In this document: piece after piece, positions 30,345-39,032 of the stretch
Numbering within the stretch: the stretch's first letter is position 1
Layout of the letters: each line of letters starts with the position of its first letter
Assembly: GCF_001897285.1 (NCBI RefSeq)
Contig: NZ_MKSM01000123.1
Location: 12,675 to 76,674, forward strand
Direction: 5' to 3'
Length of the DNA stretch: 64,000 nt
Origin: Nitrobacter sp. 62-23
Lineage (GTDB): Bacteria; Pseudomonadota; Alphaproteobacteria; Rhizobiales; Xanthobacteraceae
The notes under the pieces: generated by a model
The model's database searches: none
Seen by the model: the letters and a program-made list of their open reading frames with translations, nothing else
What the model was told of the DNA's origin: nothing
Translations under genes and position numbers: made by a program

Positions 30345-32078
30345 TTGTTTTTCTTCAAAAAATGGTCGATCGCAAAAGAAAATGCGGCGAAAGCCGCAGC
30401 GATCAGCAAAGTTCAGGCCGTGACCGAACTCGGTCTCGACGGAACGATCATCACCGCCAATGATAACTTCCTTAACATCCTCGGTTACTCGCTCGCCGAG
30501 GTTCGAGGCAAGCACCACAGCATGTTCGTGGAGGCCGATGAACGGACCGGCGCCGCGTACCGCGAATTCTGGGCCCGTTTGAATCGGGGCGAGTCGCAGA
30601 CCGCCGACTACAAGCGCATCGACAGCCACGGAGACGAGGTCTGGGTTCGGGCTTCCTATATTCCGGTGCTGGATTCGAGGGGAAAACCGACAAAGGTTAT
30701 CGAGCTCGCGGCCGATATCACTGCCAAAAAGATCGAGGCCCTGGACCACGCGGGTCAGGTTTCCGCCATCGAACGCTCGCAGGCGGTGGTCGAATTCAAC
30801 CTCGACGGCACGATCATTACCGCGAACAAGAATTTCCTGAGCGCGTTGGGCTACGCGCTTGGCGAAGTGCAGGGCAAGCCTGACAGCCTGTTCGTGGAAC
30901 CGCAGGAGCGGGCAGGCGCGGCCTATCGCGAATTCTGGGCCAAGCTCAATCGCGGCGAGCCTCAGTCAGCCGAACTCAAGCGCATCGGCAAGAGCGGGCA
31001 GGAAGTCTGGTTTCAGGCGACCTTCAACCCGATCGGCGATGATAGCGGCAAGCCCTTCAAGGTCGTGAGCTTCGCGACCGACATCACCAGGCAGAAATTG
31101 CGGATGGCCGACCTGGAAGGCCAGATCGCAGCGATCGGGAAGGCGCAGGCGGTTGTCGAATTCGGCATGGACGGAACGGTCATGACCGCCAACGACAATT
31201 ACCTGAAAACGCTTGGCTATGCCCTCGCCAAAGAAGTCCAGGGCAAGCATCACAGCATGTTCGTGGAAGCCGGCGAACGCTCCAGCGCCGCCTACCGCGA
31301 ATTCTGGGCCAAGCTCAATCGCGGCGAGTCGCAGACGGCCGAATACAAGCGGGTCGGCAAGGACGGCAAGGTGGTCTGGGTTCAGGCGTCCTACAATCCG
31401 GTGCTGGATTCGAAGGGAAAACCGACCAAGGTCATCGAGCTCGCAACCGACATCACCGCCAAAAAGATCGAGGCGATGGAAAATGCGGGCCGGATCGCCG
31501 CGCTCGACCGCTCGCAGGCGGTGGCCGCTTTCAACCTGGACGGCACGATCCTCAGCGCCAACGAAAACTTCCTCAAGACGATGGGCTACGCGCTTGGCGA
31601 AGTGAAGGGCAAGCATGACGGCATGTTCGCCGGGCAGTCGGAGGGCGGCAAGTATCGCGAATTCTGGGCCAAGCTCAATCGCGGTGAATCGCAGTCGATC
31701 GAGTACAAGCGGATCGGCAAAAACGGCAAGGAAGTCTGGATCCAGGCTCTGTACAGCCCAATCCTTGATCTTGCTGGCAAGCCGTTCAAGGTCGTCACCT
31801 ACGCAAGGGAGATGAGCGCCGCGGTCCGTGAATTCTACGAGACCATGGTCAAGTCGAGCGCAGAAGAGGCCAGACAGGATTTCGCGGTTGTTGCGGATGA
31901 GGTTAACAACACTGCCACCGCTGATTCTGCACCGCTGAGCATGCAGCGGCTGGAAGAGGCACGGCGCAGGACTGCGACCGCCGGTCGTTCCACGTTCTCC
32001 CAATTGCTGGATAACCTTCGGGCAGGGTTCAGCAACGCAATGACGTCCTCGACCAGAGCCGTCACCAACTTCCTGTGA
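30345..32078 (+). CDS. Four-PAS/PAC soluble sensor with a truncated chemoreceptor remnant
   Basis: Four repeats of AxxEFxxDGT..ANxNF..GY..YREFWAxLNRGE..KR..W; tail ARQDFAVVADEV; GGAGG RBS before TTG 30345. Confidence 0.8.
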   Translation: MFFFKKWSIAKENAAKAAAISKVQAVTELGLDGTIITANDNFLNILGYSLAEVRGKHHSMFVEADERTGAAYREFWARLNRGESQTADYKRIDSHGDEVWVRASYIPVLDSRGKPTKVIELAADITAKKIEALDHAGQVSAIERSQAVVEFNLDGTIITANKNFLSALGYALGEVQGKPDSLFVEPQERAGAAYREFWAKLNRGEPQSAELKRIGKSGQEVWFQATFNPIGDDSGKPFKVVSFATDITRQKLRMADLEGQIAAIGKAQAVVEFGMDGTVMTANDNYLKTLGYALAKEVQGKHHSMFVEAGERSSAAYREFWAKLNRGESQTAEYKRVGKDGKVVWVQASYNPVLDSKGKPTKVIELATDITAKKIEAMENAGRIAALDRSQAVAAFNLDGTILSANENFLKTMGYALGEVKGKHDGMFAGQSEGGKYREFWAKLNRGESQSIEYKRIGKNGKEVWIQALYSPILDLAGKPFKVVTYAREMSAAVREFYETMVKSSAEEARQDFAVVADEVNNTATADSAPLSMQRLEEARRRTATAGRSTFSQLLDNLRAGFSNAMTSSTRAVTNFL

Positions 32079-32269
32079 CGGCCCGCCGGTCAGGCAACAG
32101 AAAACAGTGCTGGCGACGGTGTTGAGCCGTCGCCAGTTTTTTGTGTCAACAGGCGAGCCTGAATTTCGCCGCAACCGGATGCGCTGATCAAAACGACGCT
32201 TTTCACGAACGTCGCGCGTTTGAATAAAAAACGAATCAACGTCGCGCGGCTTTGTCTTCCGGGGGTGGC

Positions 32270-34513
32270 ATGGGCCGAAAAATCGTTCTGCTGTCCGATG
32301 GCACCGGAAATTCGGCGGCAAAGGTCTGGCGCACTAATGTCTGGCGCACGTTCGAAGCGCTTGATCTGTCGGGGACCGACCAGGTGGCGTTCTACGACGA
32401 CGGTGTCGGCACCTCGTCGTTCAAGCCGCTCGCCATTCTCGGCGGCGCGTTCGGCTTCGGATTGAAGCGCAACGTCATCGACCTGTACAAGTTCGCTTGC
32501 CGCAACTGGCGCGACGACAGCGACGAACTGTTCGGCTTCGGCTTCAGCCGCGGCGCCTTCACCATCCGCGTGGTGATGGGGTTGATCCTCAATCAGGGTC
32601 TCGTCGCCGCCGACAGCGAGGCTGAACTGACGCGAAAGGCCAGGGCCGCCTATCGCCAGTATCGGCGCGAGCGTTTCCATACGTTCCTGCGCATCGAGGA
32701 TGTCTTTCGCAGCTTGCGCGACCTGTTTCTGCCGAAGGACTATGACAAGCGCAACAATCGCCAGGTGAATCACATCCGCTTCATCGGCGTATGGGACACC
32801 GTCTCCGCCTACGGACTGCCGCTCGACGAGATGACGCGCGGCGTCAGCCGATGGATCTGGCCTCTGGAACTGCCCAACCACACGCTCGACTGCGCGCGCG
32901 TCAGGCGCGCCTGTCAGGCACTGTCGCTCGACGAACCGCGCACCACGTTTCATCCGGAATTGTGGGACGAGCGCGGCGCGGCTCCGCTGACGCCGCGCTA
33001 CGACGGCAAGCGCTATCTCGCCGACGAGCAGATCAGCCAGGTTTGGTTCGCGGGCGTTCATTCCAATGTCGGCGGCGGCTATCCCGACGATGCGCTGGCC
33101 TACATCCCGCTGGTCTGGATGATGAAGGAGGCGCAACGCTGCGGCTTGCGGTTCAAGTCCGATCAGCGTCCGCCACTGGCGGATCCCGATCCGTTCAAGA
33201 ATGCAATCTCGATGTGCGACAAGGACGGCCGGCTCTACGATCCGCGCAAGGGGCTCGGCAGTTACTATCGCTACGGGCCGCGCAAGCTGGCCGAACTCTG
33301 CCACTATCGCTTTTCCAGAAAGGACGAGGTCGTCATCGAGCGGCCGAAGGTGCATGCCAGCGCATTCAAGCGCATCGCCAGCCGTTCGCAAGGCTATGCG
33401 CCGGTCGGGCTGCCGAAGACCTATGACGTGGTGACCGAGGACGGGCTGGTGCTGACGCCGGATCAATACGGCTTCGAAAGCAGCACCGGCGCGCTGGCGC
33501 GCAGCGAAACGCAGGAGCATGTCTGGAACGAGGTCTGGAAGCGTCGGCTGGTCTATTTCGCGACCGTCGGCGCCACGGCCTGGCTGTTGCTCTATCCGCT
33601 GGCGCGCTCGCTGCCGCCTTCGGACGAATATACCAGCAGGTTTCGCTGGGTGTCGGACATCATCCGCGTCGTCGGCGGATTCCTTCCCGGCTTCGCGCAG
33701 ACCTGGATCAACGGCTATGCGCGCAGCCCGGTGCAGTTCGCTGTATTGCTTGGGCTCGCTAGTTTGCTGGCGCTGTGGGGCGTCGTTCTCTCGACCCGGA
33801 TCACCGACCGTATGAATGCGATCTGGCAGAAGACGCCGACGGCGCCGACAGGCTTGCCGACCAACTGGATCTATCTCCTGCGTTCTAGCCGGCCCTATAT
33901 CTGGTTTCATCGGCAGTTGAAACGTCGCTGGGCGCCGGCGTTCTTCGCCGCATTGTTCCTCTATCTCGGCGCCACATTCGCCAGCCATCTCGCCTACAAT
34001 GCGCAAGATATCTATGGTTTGGCCTGCGATGAAAAAAGCCCGAAGGCGCAGGGACTCGCGCGCGGCAAGCAGGCGACGTTTAATTTCAGGACGTCGCAGT
34101 TCTGCGCCGGCACGGGCATCGCGGTGGACGGTTTCGGCGCGCGCTATCTGGTTCAGGTCGAGACCACGCAGCCTTTCCGCGACGGCGGCATCCCCTCGCC
34201 GCTCGGCGGATTCTACACGACCGACGCGCAGCACTGGTGGCAGCGCGCGCTGCTGATGCTCGGTGTGCCGCTGCGCCGCGAACTGACACGGCCCTGGTTC
34301 CGCCTGGTGCTGCGCTACGGCGCGACCGGCGGCGAGGAGGTGTTTCTCGATCCCGATCCGGAGGACGGCACCATCGAAGCGGTGATCCGGCCGACGCGAA
34401 GCGGCGAACTTTTCATCTTCGTCAATGATGCGGTGCTGGGCGTTCCTAAACTGTACGACGTGTTCTACCGCAACAATGAAGGCTCCGCCAAACTCGTCGT
34501 GACGCGCAAGTGA
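32270..34513 (+). CDS. DUF2235 / Tle1-like alpha-beta hydrolase with C-terminal TM helices
   Basis: LLSDGTGN, YDDGVGT, GFSRGA, VWDTV, WFAGVHSNVGGGY; hydrophobic segments after about residue 420. Confidence 0.85.
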   Translation: MGRKIVLLSDGTGNSAAKVWRTNVWRTFEALDLSGTDQVAFYDDGVGTSSFKPLAILGGAFGFGLKRNVIDLYKFACRNWRDDSDELFGFGFSRGAFTIRVVMGLILNQGLVAADSEAELTRKARAAYRQYRRERFHTFLRIEDVFRSLRDLFLPKDYDKRNNRQVNHIRFIGVWDTVSAYGLPLDEMTRGVSRWIWPLELPNHTLDCARVRRACQALSLDEPRTTFHPELWDERGAAPLTPRYDGKRYLADEQISQVWFAGVHSNVGGGYPDDALAYIPLVWMMKEAQRCGLRFKSDQRPPLADPDPFKNAISMCDKDGRLYDPRKGLGSYYRYGPRKLAELCHYRFSRKDEVVIERPKVHASAFKRIASRSQGYAPVGLPKTYDVVTEDGLVLTPDQYGFESSTGALARSETQEHVWNEVWKRRLVYFATVGATAWLLLYPLARSLPPSDEYTSRFRWVSDIIRVVGGFLPGFAQTWINGYARSPVQFAVLLGLASLLALWGVVLSTRITDRMNAIWQKTPTAPTGLPTNWIYLLRSSRPYIWFHRQLKRRWAPAFFAALFLYLGATFASHLAYNAQDIYGLACDEKSPKAQGLARGKQATFNFRTSQFCAGTGIAVDGFGARYLVQVETTQPFRDGGIPSPLGGFYTTDAQHWWQRALLMLGVPLRRELTRPWFRLVLRYGATGGEEVFLDPDPEDGTIEAVIRPTRSGELFIFVNDAVLGVPKLYDVFYRNNEGSAKLVVTRK

Positions 34514-34525
34514 AGTGGCCAAAGG

Positions 34526-34558
34526 CGTGGATGGCCGGGACGACATCCGGCCATGACG
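34526..34558 (-). repeat. GTCA-type REP
   Basis: cgtggatggccgggacgacatccggccatgacg. Confidence 0.65.
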
Positions 34559-34599
34559 GGAAACGGGCATGCCTCGATGCCGCATGATCGGACAATGCT

Positions 34600-35370
34600 C
34601 TAAAACTCCGCCACCGCCGCCAGAATGCGCGCGATGTCCTGCGGACGCGACAGCCGGTGATCGCCGTCGCGGATCATGGTCAGCACCACGTCGTCGCTCG
34701 GCAGCCGCTCGGTCAGCGCGAAGGCATGCCGCCATGGGACGTCGGCGTCCTGCGCGCCCTGCAGGATGCGCACCGGACAGCCGGTCGAAATGGAGCCGCC
34801 GAGCAGCAGATGGTTGCGGCCTTCCTCGATCAGCTTGCGCGTGATCGGGTAGGGATCGCCGTAGTCCGACGGACGAAGCCAGGCGCCGTCAGTCTCGATG
34901 GCGCGCCGGACCTCCGGCGGGAAGGCTTTCCACATCAGTTCCTCGGTGAAGTCGGGTGCCGGCGCGATCAGCACCAGCCCGGCCAGCATGGCGGGGGACG
35001 ATGCCTGCCGCGCGATCGCACGCGCCAGCAACAGCGCGATCCAGCCGCCCATCGACGAGCCGACCACGACCTGCGGGCCCTCGCAGAAGGCATCGAACAC
35101 CGCAAGACCCTCCTCGAGCCAGCCGCCGATGGTGCCGTCGGTGAATTCGCCGCCGCTCATCCCGTGGCCGGAGTAATCGAACCGCACGCAGGCTCGGCCG
35201 CGTTCGGCCGCCCACGCGTCGAGCGCGAGCGCCTTGGTGCCCGCCATGTCGGACTTGAACCCCCCAAGCCAGAACAGGCCCGGAGAACCGCCGCTTCGCG
35301 CGCGCACGGCGATGGGACGCTTCGCCGCGCCGCTGCCGACCTCGATGAACTGCGCCGCCCCGCTCGTCAT
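34600..35370 (-). CDS. Alpha/beta hydrolase
   Basis: LGGFKSDM, RFDYSGHG, GSSMGG, DGDHRLS. Confidence 0.9.
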   Translation of the reverse strand: MTSGAAQFIEVGSGAAKRPIAVRARSGGSPGLFWLGGFKSDMAGTKALALDAWAAERGRACVRFDYSGHGMSGGEFTDGTIGGWLEEGLAVFDAFCEGPQVVVGSSMGGWIALLLARAIARQASSPAMLAGLVLIAPAPDFTEELMWKAFPPEVRRAIETDGAWLRPSDYGDPYPITRKLIEEGRNHLLLGGSISTGCPVRILQGAQDADVPWRHAFALTERLPSDDVVLTMIRDGDHRLSRPQDIARILAAVAEF

Positions 35371-35562
35371 GATGTCCGTCCCGTCTTTCGTTGTATGTCG
35401 CGAGCCCGCCGGGGTCGTCAATGAACGTCGACATGGAACAAGCGGTGGCCGTCGGGTTTGTCCCCGGAGTTGTCCGGCGTGACCAAAATACCGCGCATTC
35501 GCCCGTTTTGCCCGCGTCCTGAATCCCCGCGCTTGCCCGCGGGCGCTTATTCCTTCAAAATG

Positions 35563-35672
35563 GGGGCGATCAGCAAAAGTGGACCCCGGTTTTGCGTCCG
35601 ATCGCGCTCACCATGTATCAGGGGCGTATGATCTGATCGCTGAACCGCTTCCATTTTGACGGATCATGCGCC
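35563..35672. mobile_element. Degenerate two-module mini-element upstream of infC
   Basis: gcgatcagcaaaagtgg..ccggttttgcgtccgatcgcgc + gcgtatgatc...ggatcatgcgc. Confidence 0.55.
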
Positions 35673-35702
35673 GTCGTCTTTCACAACATTGGAGAACCAC
35701 CC

Positions 35703-36242
35703 ATTCGCCGTCCCAACAGAGCGCCAATGCCCGTCGCGAAAGACGGGCCGCGCACCAACGATGAAATCCGCAATGCCCAGGTTCAACTGATCGACCAGGA
35801 CGGCACCAACCAAGGTACCGTGGAAACGATCGCCGCGATCAAGATGGCCATGGATGCCGGCATGGATCTGGTCGAGATCGCGCCGAACAGCAGCCCTCCC
35901 GTCTGCAAGATCATGGACTACGGGAAATACAAGTTTCAGGCCCAGAAGAAAGCCGCCGAAGCCCGCAAGAAGCAAAAGGTTGTCGAGATCAAGGAGATCA
36001 AGCTCCGGCCGATGATCGACGATCACGACTACGACGTGAAGATGAAGGCGATGCAGCGGTTCTTCGAGGAGGGCGACAAGGTCAAGATCACCTTGCGCTA
36101 TCGCGGCCGCGAGATGGCCCACCAGGAGATCGGCACCAAGCTGCTCGACAAGGTGAAGGCCGACGTCGCCGCCTATGCCAAGGTCGAGCAGGACGCCAAG
36201 TTCGAGGGCCGCCAGGTGGTCATGGTGCTGGCTCCGCGCTGA
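35703..36242 (+). CDS. infC: Translation initiation factor IF-3, ATT start
   Basis: GGAG at 35691, in-frame ATT-CGC-CGT-CCC (IRRP); [33 protein letters not shown]. Confidence 0.95.
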   Translation: MRRPNRAPMPVAKDGPRTNDEIRNAQVQLIDQDGTNQGTVETIAAIKMAMDAGMDLVEIAPNSSPPVCKIMDYGKYKFQAQKKAAEARKKQKVVEIKEIKLRPMIDDHDYDVKMKAMQRFFEEGDKVKITLRYRGREMAHQEIGTKLLDKVKADVAAYAKVEQDAKFEGRQVVMVLAPR

Positions 36243-36271
36243 GGGTCAACGCTTCGCCAAACAGAAAACGT

Positions 36272-36370
36272 GTCATTGCCGGACTTGCTCCGGCAATCCG
36301 TCCTTCAAAGATGATGGATGCCCGGGGTGTCTGCGCGACGACGCGCTTTGCGCTGTTAGCCGGGTACGAC
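36272..36370. repeat. GTCA-type REP pair
   Basis: gtcattgccggacttgctccggcaatcc ... ggatgcccgg...ccgggtacgac. Confidence 0.6.
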
Positions 36371-36443
36371 AACGTTTTTGCGGAAACGGTTTGCGAGATC
36401 GCAGGGCCCCACGCCCAGGACACGCATTCGCACCCCTTCCCCG

Positions 36444-36472
36444 TTGCCAATCCGGCCATCCTCTGCCATAAG
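36444..36472 (+). promoter_or_regulatory. Sigma70-type promoter for rpmI-rplT
   Basis: TTGCCA-N17-CATAAG. Confidence 0.5.
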
Positions 36473-36650
36473 CCTGTCCTTCGCCGCCCGGCTGATTCAA
36501 GGGCTGCCGTGGCGACGACCCGTGCTGGATTTTCTCGGGATTTTCTTTCGGAAATACGAGAATAGCCGAGCACTTTTAATGCTCTAGCGAGCAATTTCAG
36601 CCACTTGGCCGCCCTCCGGGCGGATTTCGTCGTGGCGACAGGAGAGCCAA

Positions 36651-36851
36651 ATGCCCAAGCTGAAGACCAAATCGGGCGCGAAAAAGCGCTTCAAGATCAC
36701 GGCCACCGGGAAGGTCAAGCACGCCCAGCGCGGCAAGCGCCACGGCATGATCAAGCGGACCAAGAAGCAGATTCGTCAGCTTCGCGGCACCCGCGTGCTG
36801 TTCAAGACTGACGGCGACAACATCAAGAAATACTTCTTGCCCAACGCCTGA
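36651..36851 (+). CDS. rpmI: 50S ribosomal protein L35
   Basis: [22 protein letters not shown]. Confidence 0.97.
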   Translation: MPKLKTKSGAKKRFKITATGKVKHAQRGKRHGMIKRTKKQIRQLRGTRVLFKTDGDNIKKYFLPNA

Positions 36852-36915
36852 CCTCCGCTCGCCGCGACGACGCGGCATCCCGCATTAACCCGTTGATTTT
36901 GAGAGGAGTTCAGTC

Positions 36916-37275
36916 ATGGCTCGCGTCAAGCGCGGTGTGACGGCTCATGCCAAGCACAAGAAAGTCTACAAGGTCACCAAGGGCTTTTCCGGCCGCCGGA
37001 AGAACACCATTCGCGCCGCCAAGGCGGCCGCCGACAAGGCCGGCCAGTACGCCTTCCGCGATCGCAAGCGCAAGAAGCGCACCTTCCGCGCGCTCTGGAT
37101 CCAGCGCCTCAACGCCGCCGTGCGGCCGTTCGGCATGACCTACAGCCGCTTCATCGACGGGCTGTCGAAGTCGGGCATCACCGTTGACCGCAAGGTGCTG
37201 TCGGACCTCGCCATCCACGAGCCGGCGGCGTTCCAGGCGATCGCCGAGAAAGCCAAGGCCGCGCTCGCGGCCTGA
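36916..37275 (+). CDS. rplT: 50S ribosomal protein L20
   Basis: [38 protein letters not shown]. Confidence 0.98.
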   Translation: MARVKRGVTAHAKHKKVYKVTKGFSGRRKNTIRAAKAAADKAGQYAFRDRKRKKRTFRALWIQRLNAAVRPFGMTYSRFIDGLSKSGITVDRKVLSDLAIHEPAAFQAIAEKAKAALAA

Positions 37276-37282
37276 TTGTTTT

Positions 37283-37441
37283 ACCCTCCCCTGGAGGGGG
37301 AGGGTCGGCGCCGCATGACGACGCTTGCGTCGCTGTGAGGCGTCGGGGTGGGGTGTCCTGCCAACCTGCACGTGCCCCGCATTCCGATTCACCCCCACCC
37401 GATCTGCTTCGCAGATCGACCTCCCCCCTCCAGGGGGAGGT
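37283..37441. repeat. Paired CCCTCCCC REP-like element
   Basis: accctcccctggagggggagggt ... cctcccccctccagggggaggt. Confidence 0.75.
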
Positions 37442-37461
37442 GGGAGAACGGGGCGCCGTCC

Positions 37462-38583
37462 ATGTCCGATCCCGAAAAGTCCGATCTCGATTCCCTTCAA
37501 TCCCAGATCCTCGGCCAGATCGCAGCCGCCACCGACGAGGCCGCGCTGGAAGCGGTGCGCATCGCAACGCTCGGCAAGAAGGGGTCGATCTCCGCGCTGC
37601 TCGCTACGCTCGGCAAGATGTCGCCCGAGGCGCGCAAGACGCAAGGCGCCGCGATCAACCTCGCCAAGGATGCGGTGACGCAGGCGCTGGGGGCGCGGCG
37701 CGAGGTGCTCAAGGCCGCCGCGCTCGACGCGCGTCTCGCCTCGGAAACCATCGACGTCACGCTTCCCTTGCGCGAGCCTCCTGCGGAGGCCGGCCGCATC
37801 CATCCGCTGAGCCAGGTGTGGGACGAGGTCACCACTATCTTCGCCGACATGGGCTTTGCGGTCGCCGAAGGGCCCGACATCGAGACCGACGACTACAACT
37901 TCACCCGGCTGAATTTTCCCGAAGGCCATCCGGCGCGGGAGATGCACGACACGTTCTACTTCAACCCGAAGGGGGACACCGGGTCTGAGCCCGGGGCAGG
38001 CGGCTCGCGCCTATTGCTGCGCACGCACACCTCGCCGGTGCAGGTGCGCACCATGCTCAGTCAGAAGCCGCCGATCCGCGTCATCTGTCCCGGCCGCACC
38101 TATCGCAGCGACAGTGACCAGACCCACACGCCGATGTTCCATCAGGTCGAGGGGCTGGTGATCGACAAGTCGTCGCATCTCGGCCACCTCAAATGGATCC
38201 TGCACGAATTCTGCAAGGCGTTCTTCGAGGTCGACAACGTCAACATGCGATTCCGTCCGTCGTTCTTTCCCTTCACCGAGCCGTCGCTGGAAGTCGACAT
38301 CCAGTGCCGCCGCGACAAGCACGAGATCCGCTTCGGCGAGGGTGAGGACTGGCTGGAGATTCTCGGCTGCGGCATGGTGCATCCGAACGTGCTGAAGCTC
38401 TGCGGTCTCGATCCGGAAGTTTATCAGGGCTTCGCCTGGGGCATGGGGATCGATCGCATCGCGATGCTGAAATACGGCATCGCCGATCTGCGGCAGTTGT
38501 TCGAAGGCGACGTGCGCTGGCTCACTCACTACGGCTTCAGGCCGCTAGAGGTGCCGACGCTGGCGGGAGGATTGAGTTCGTGA
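37462..38583 (+). CDS. pheS: Phenylalanine-tRNA ligase alpha
   Basis: [49 protein letters not shown]. Confidence 0.97.
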   Translation: MSDPEKSDLDSLQSQILGQIAAATDEAALEAVRIATLGKKGSISALLATLGKMSPEARKTQGAAINLAKDAVTQALGARREVLKAAALDARLASETIDVTLPLREPPAEAGRIHPLSQVWDEVTTIFADMGFAVAEGPDIETDDYNFTRLNFPEGHPAREMHDTFYFNPKGDTGSEPGAGGSRLLLRTHTSPVQVRTMLSQKPPIRVICPGRTYRSDSDQTHTPMFHQVEGLVIDKSSHLGHLKWILHEFCKAFFEVDNVNMRFRPSFFPFTEPSLEVDIQCRRDKHEIRFGEGEDWLEILGCGMVHPNVLKLCGLDPEVYQGFAWGMGIDRIAMLKYGIADLRQLFEGDVRWLTHYGFRPLEVPTLAGGLSS

Positions 38584-39032
38584 ACCTTCTAAATAAAACG
38601 ATTGCCTGTTTTGACAGTGCAGCGCTTCGCCTCGTGTCCAAAGAGGAATTAGAGAAAAGAGACAGAGATCTAAAAAATGAAGATCCGAACAGTGCTCTCG
38701 GCCGAGCGATTTACGAGGCCTACGATTCGGTAGACACGAAAGCAACCGCGATACTCCAACATGTCTCCATAATGATTGCTGTCACGGGCGTACTTTATTC
38801 TTGGACGAGCATCGCATTACTGAGATTGCTATTCGGTATTGAGACACTTCTATACGTGTCGCTCGCGGTCTTTTGCTTAAGGCTTTTCATGGTCCAAAAT
38901 CATTCAGAATCGCTATCTGACACTGAAAACGCGGTTATGCGTGAAGCGCTTTTGGATATAACGGCAAAACTTACTTTTTTTGTTTCGGTTGTTTTGATTG
39001 GCACTGTCATCATTGAGTTGGTGCTGAGATGA
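38580..39032 (+). CDS. AT-rich orphan small membrane protein (about 3 TM)
   Basis: 150-codon ORF filling the pheS-pheT gap with GTGA and ATGA overlaps; hand-counted G+C 28/60, 23/60, 21/60 versus 41/60 in pheT. Confidence 0.75.
   Translation: MNLLNKTIACFDSAALRLVSKEELEKRDRDLKNEDPNSALGRAIYEAYDSVDTKATAILQHVSIMIAVTGVLYSWTSIALLRLLFGIETLLYVSLAVFCLRLFMVQNHSESLSDTENAVMREALLDITAKLTFFVSVVLIGTVIIELVLR

Noticed and set aside
32090-34735. 881-aa antisense ORF (and similar long shadows such as 10672-12474, 39734-41278, 45306-47558, 54229-55809)
   Set aside because: They lie opposite well-supported genes, are Arg/Ala/Gly-rich without motifs, and are expected in high-GC DNA.
37276-37461. pheM-like attenuator leader before pheS (and his/trp attenuators near 48330-48471 and 5846-6005)
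   Set aside because: No Phe-, His- or Trp-rich leader peptide is seen; the hairpins present belong to repeat families.
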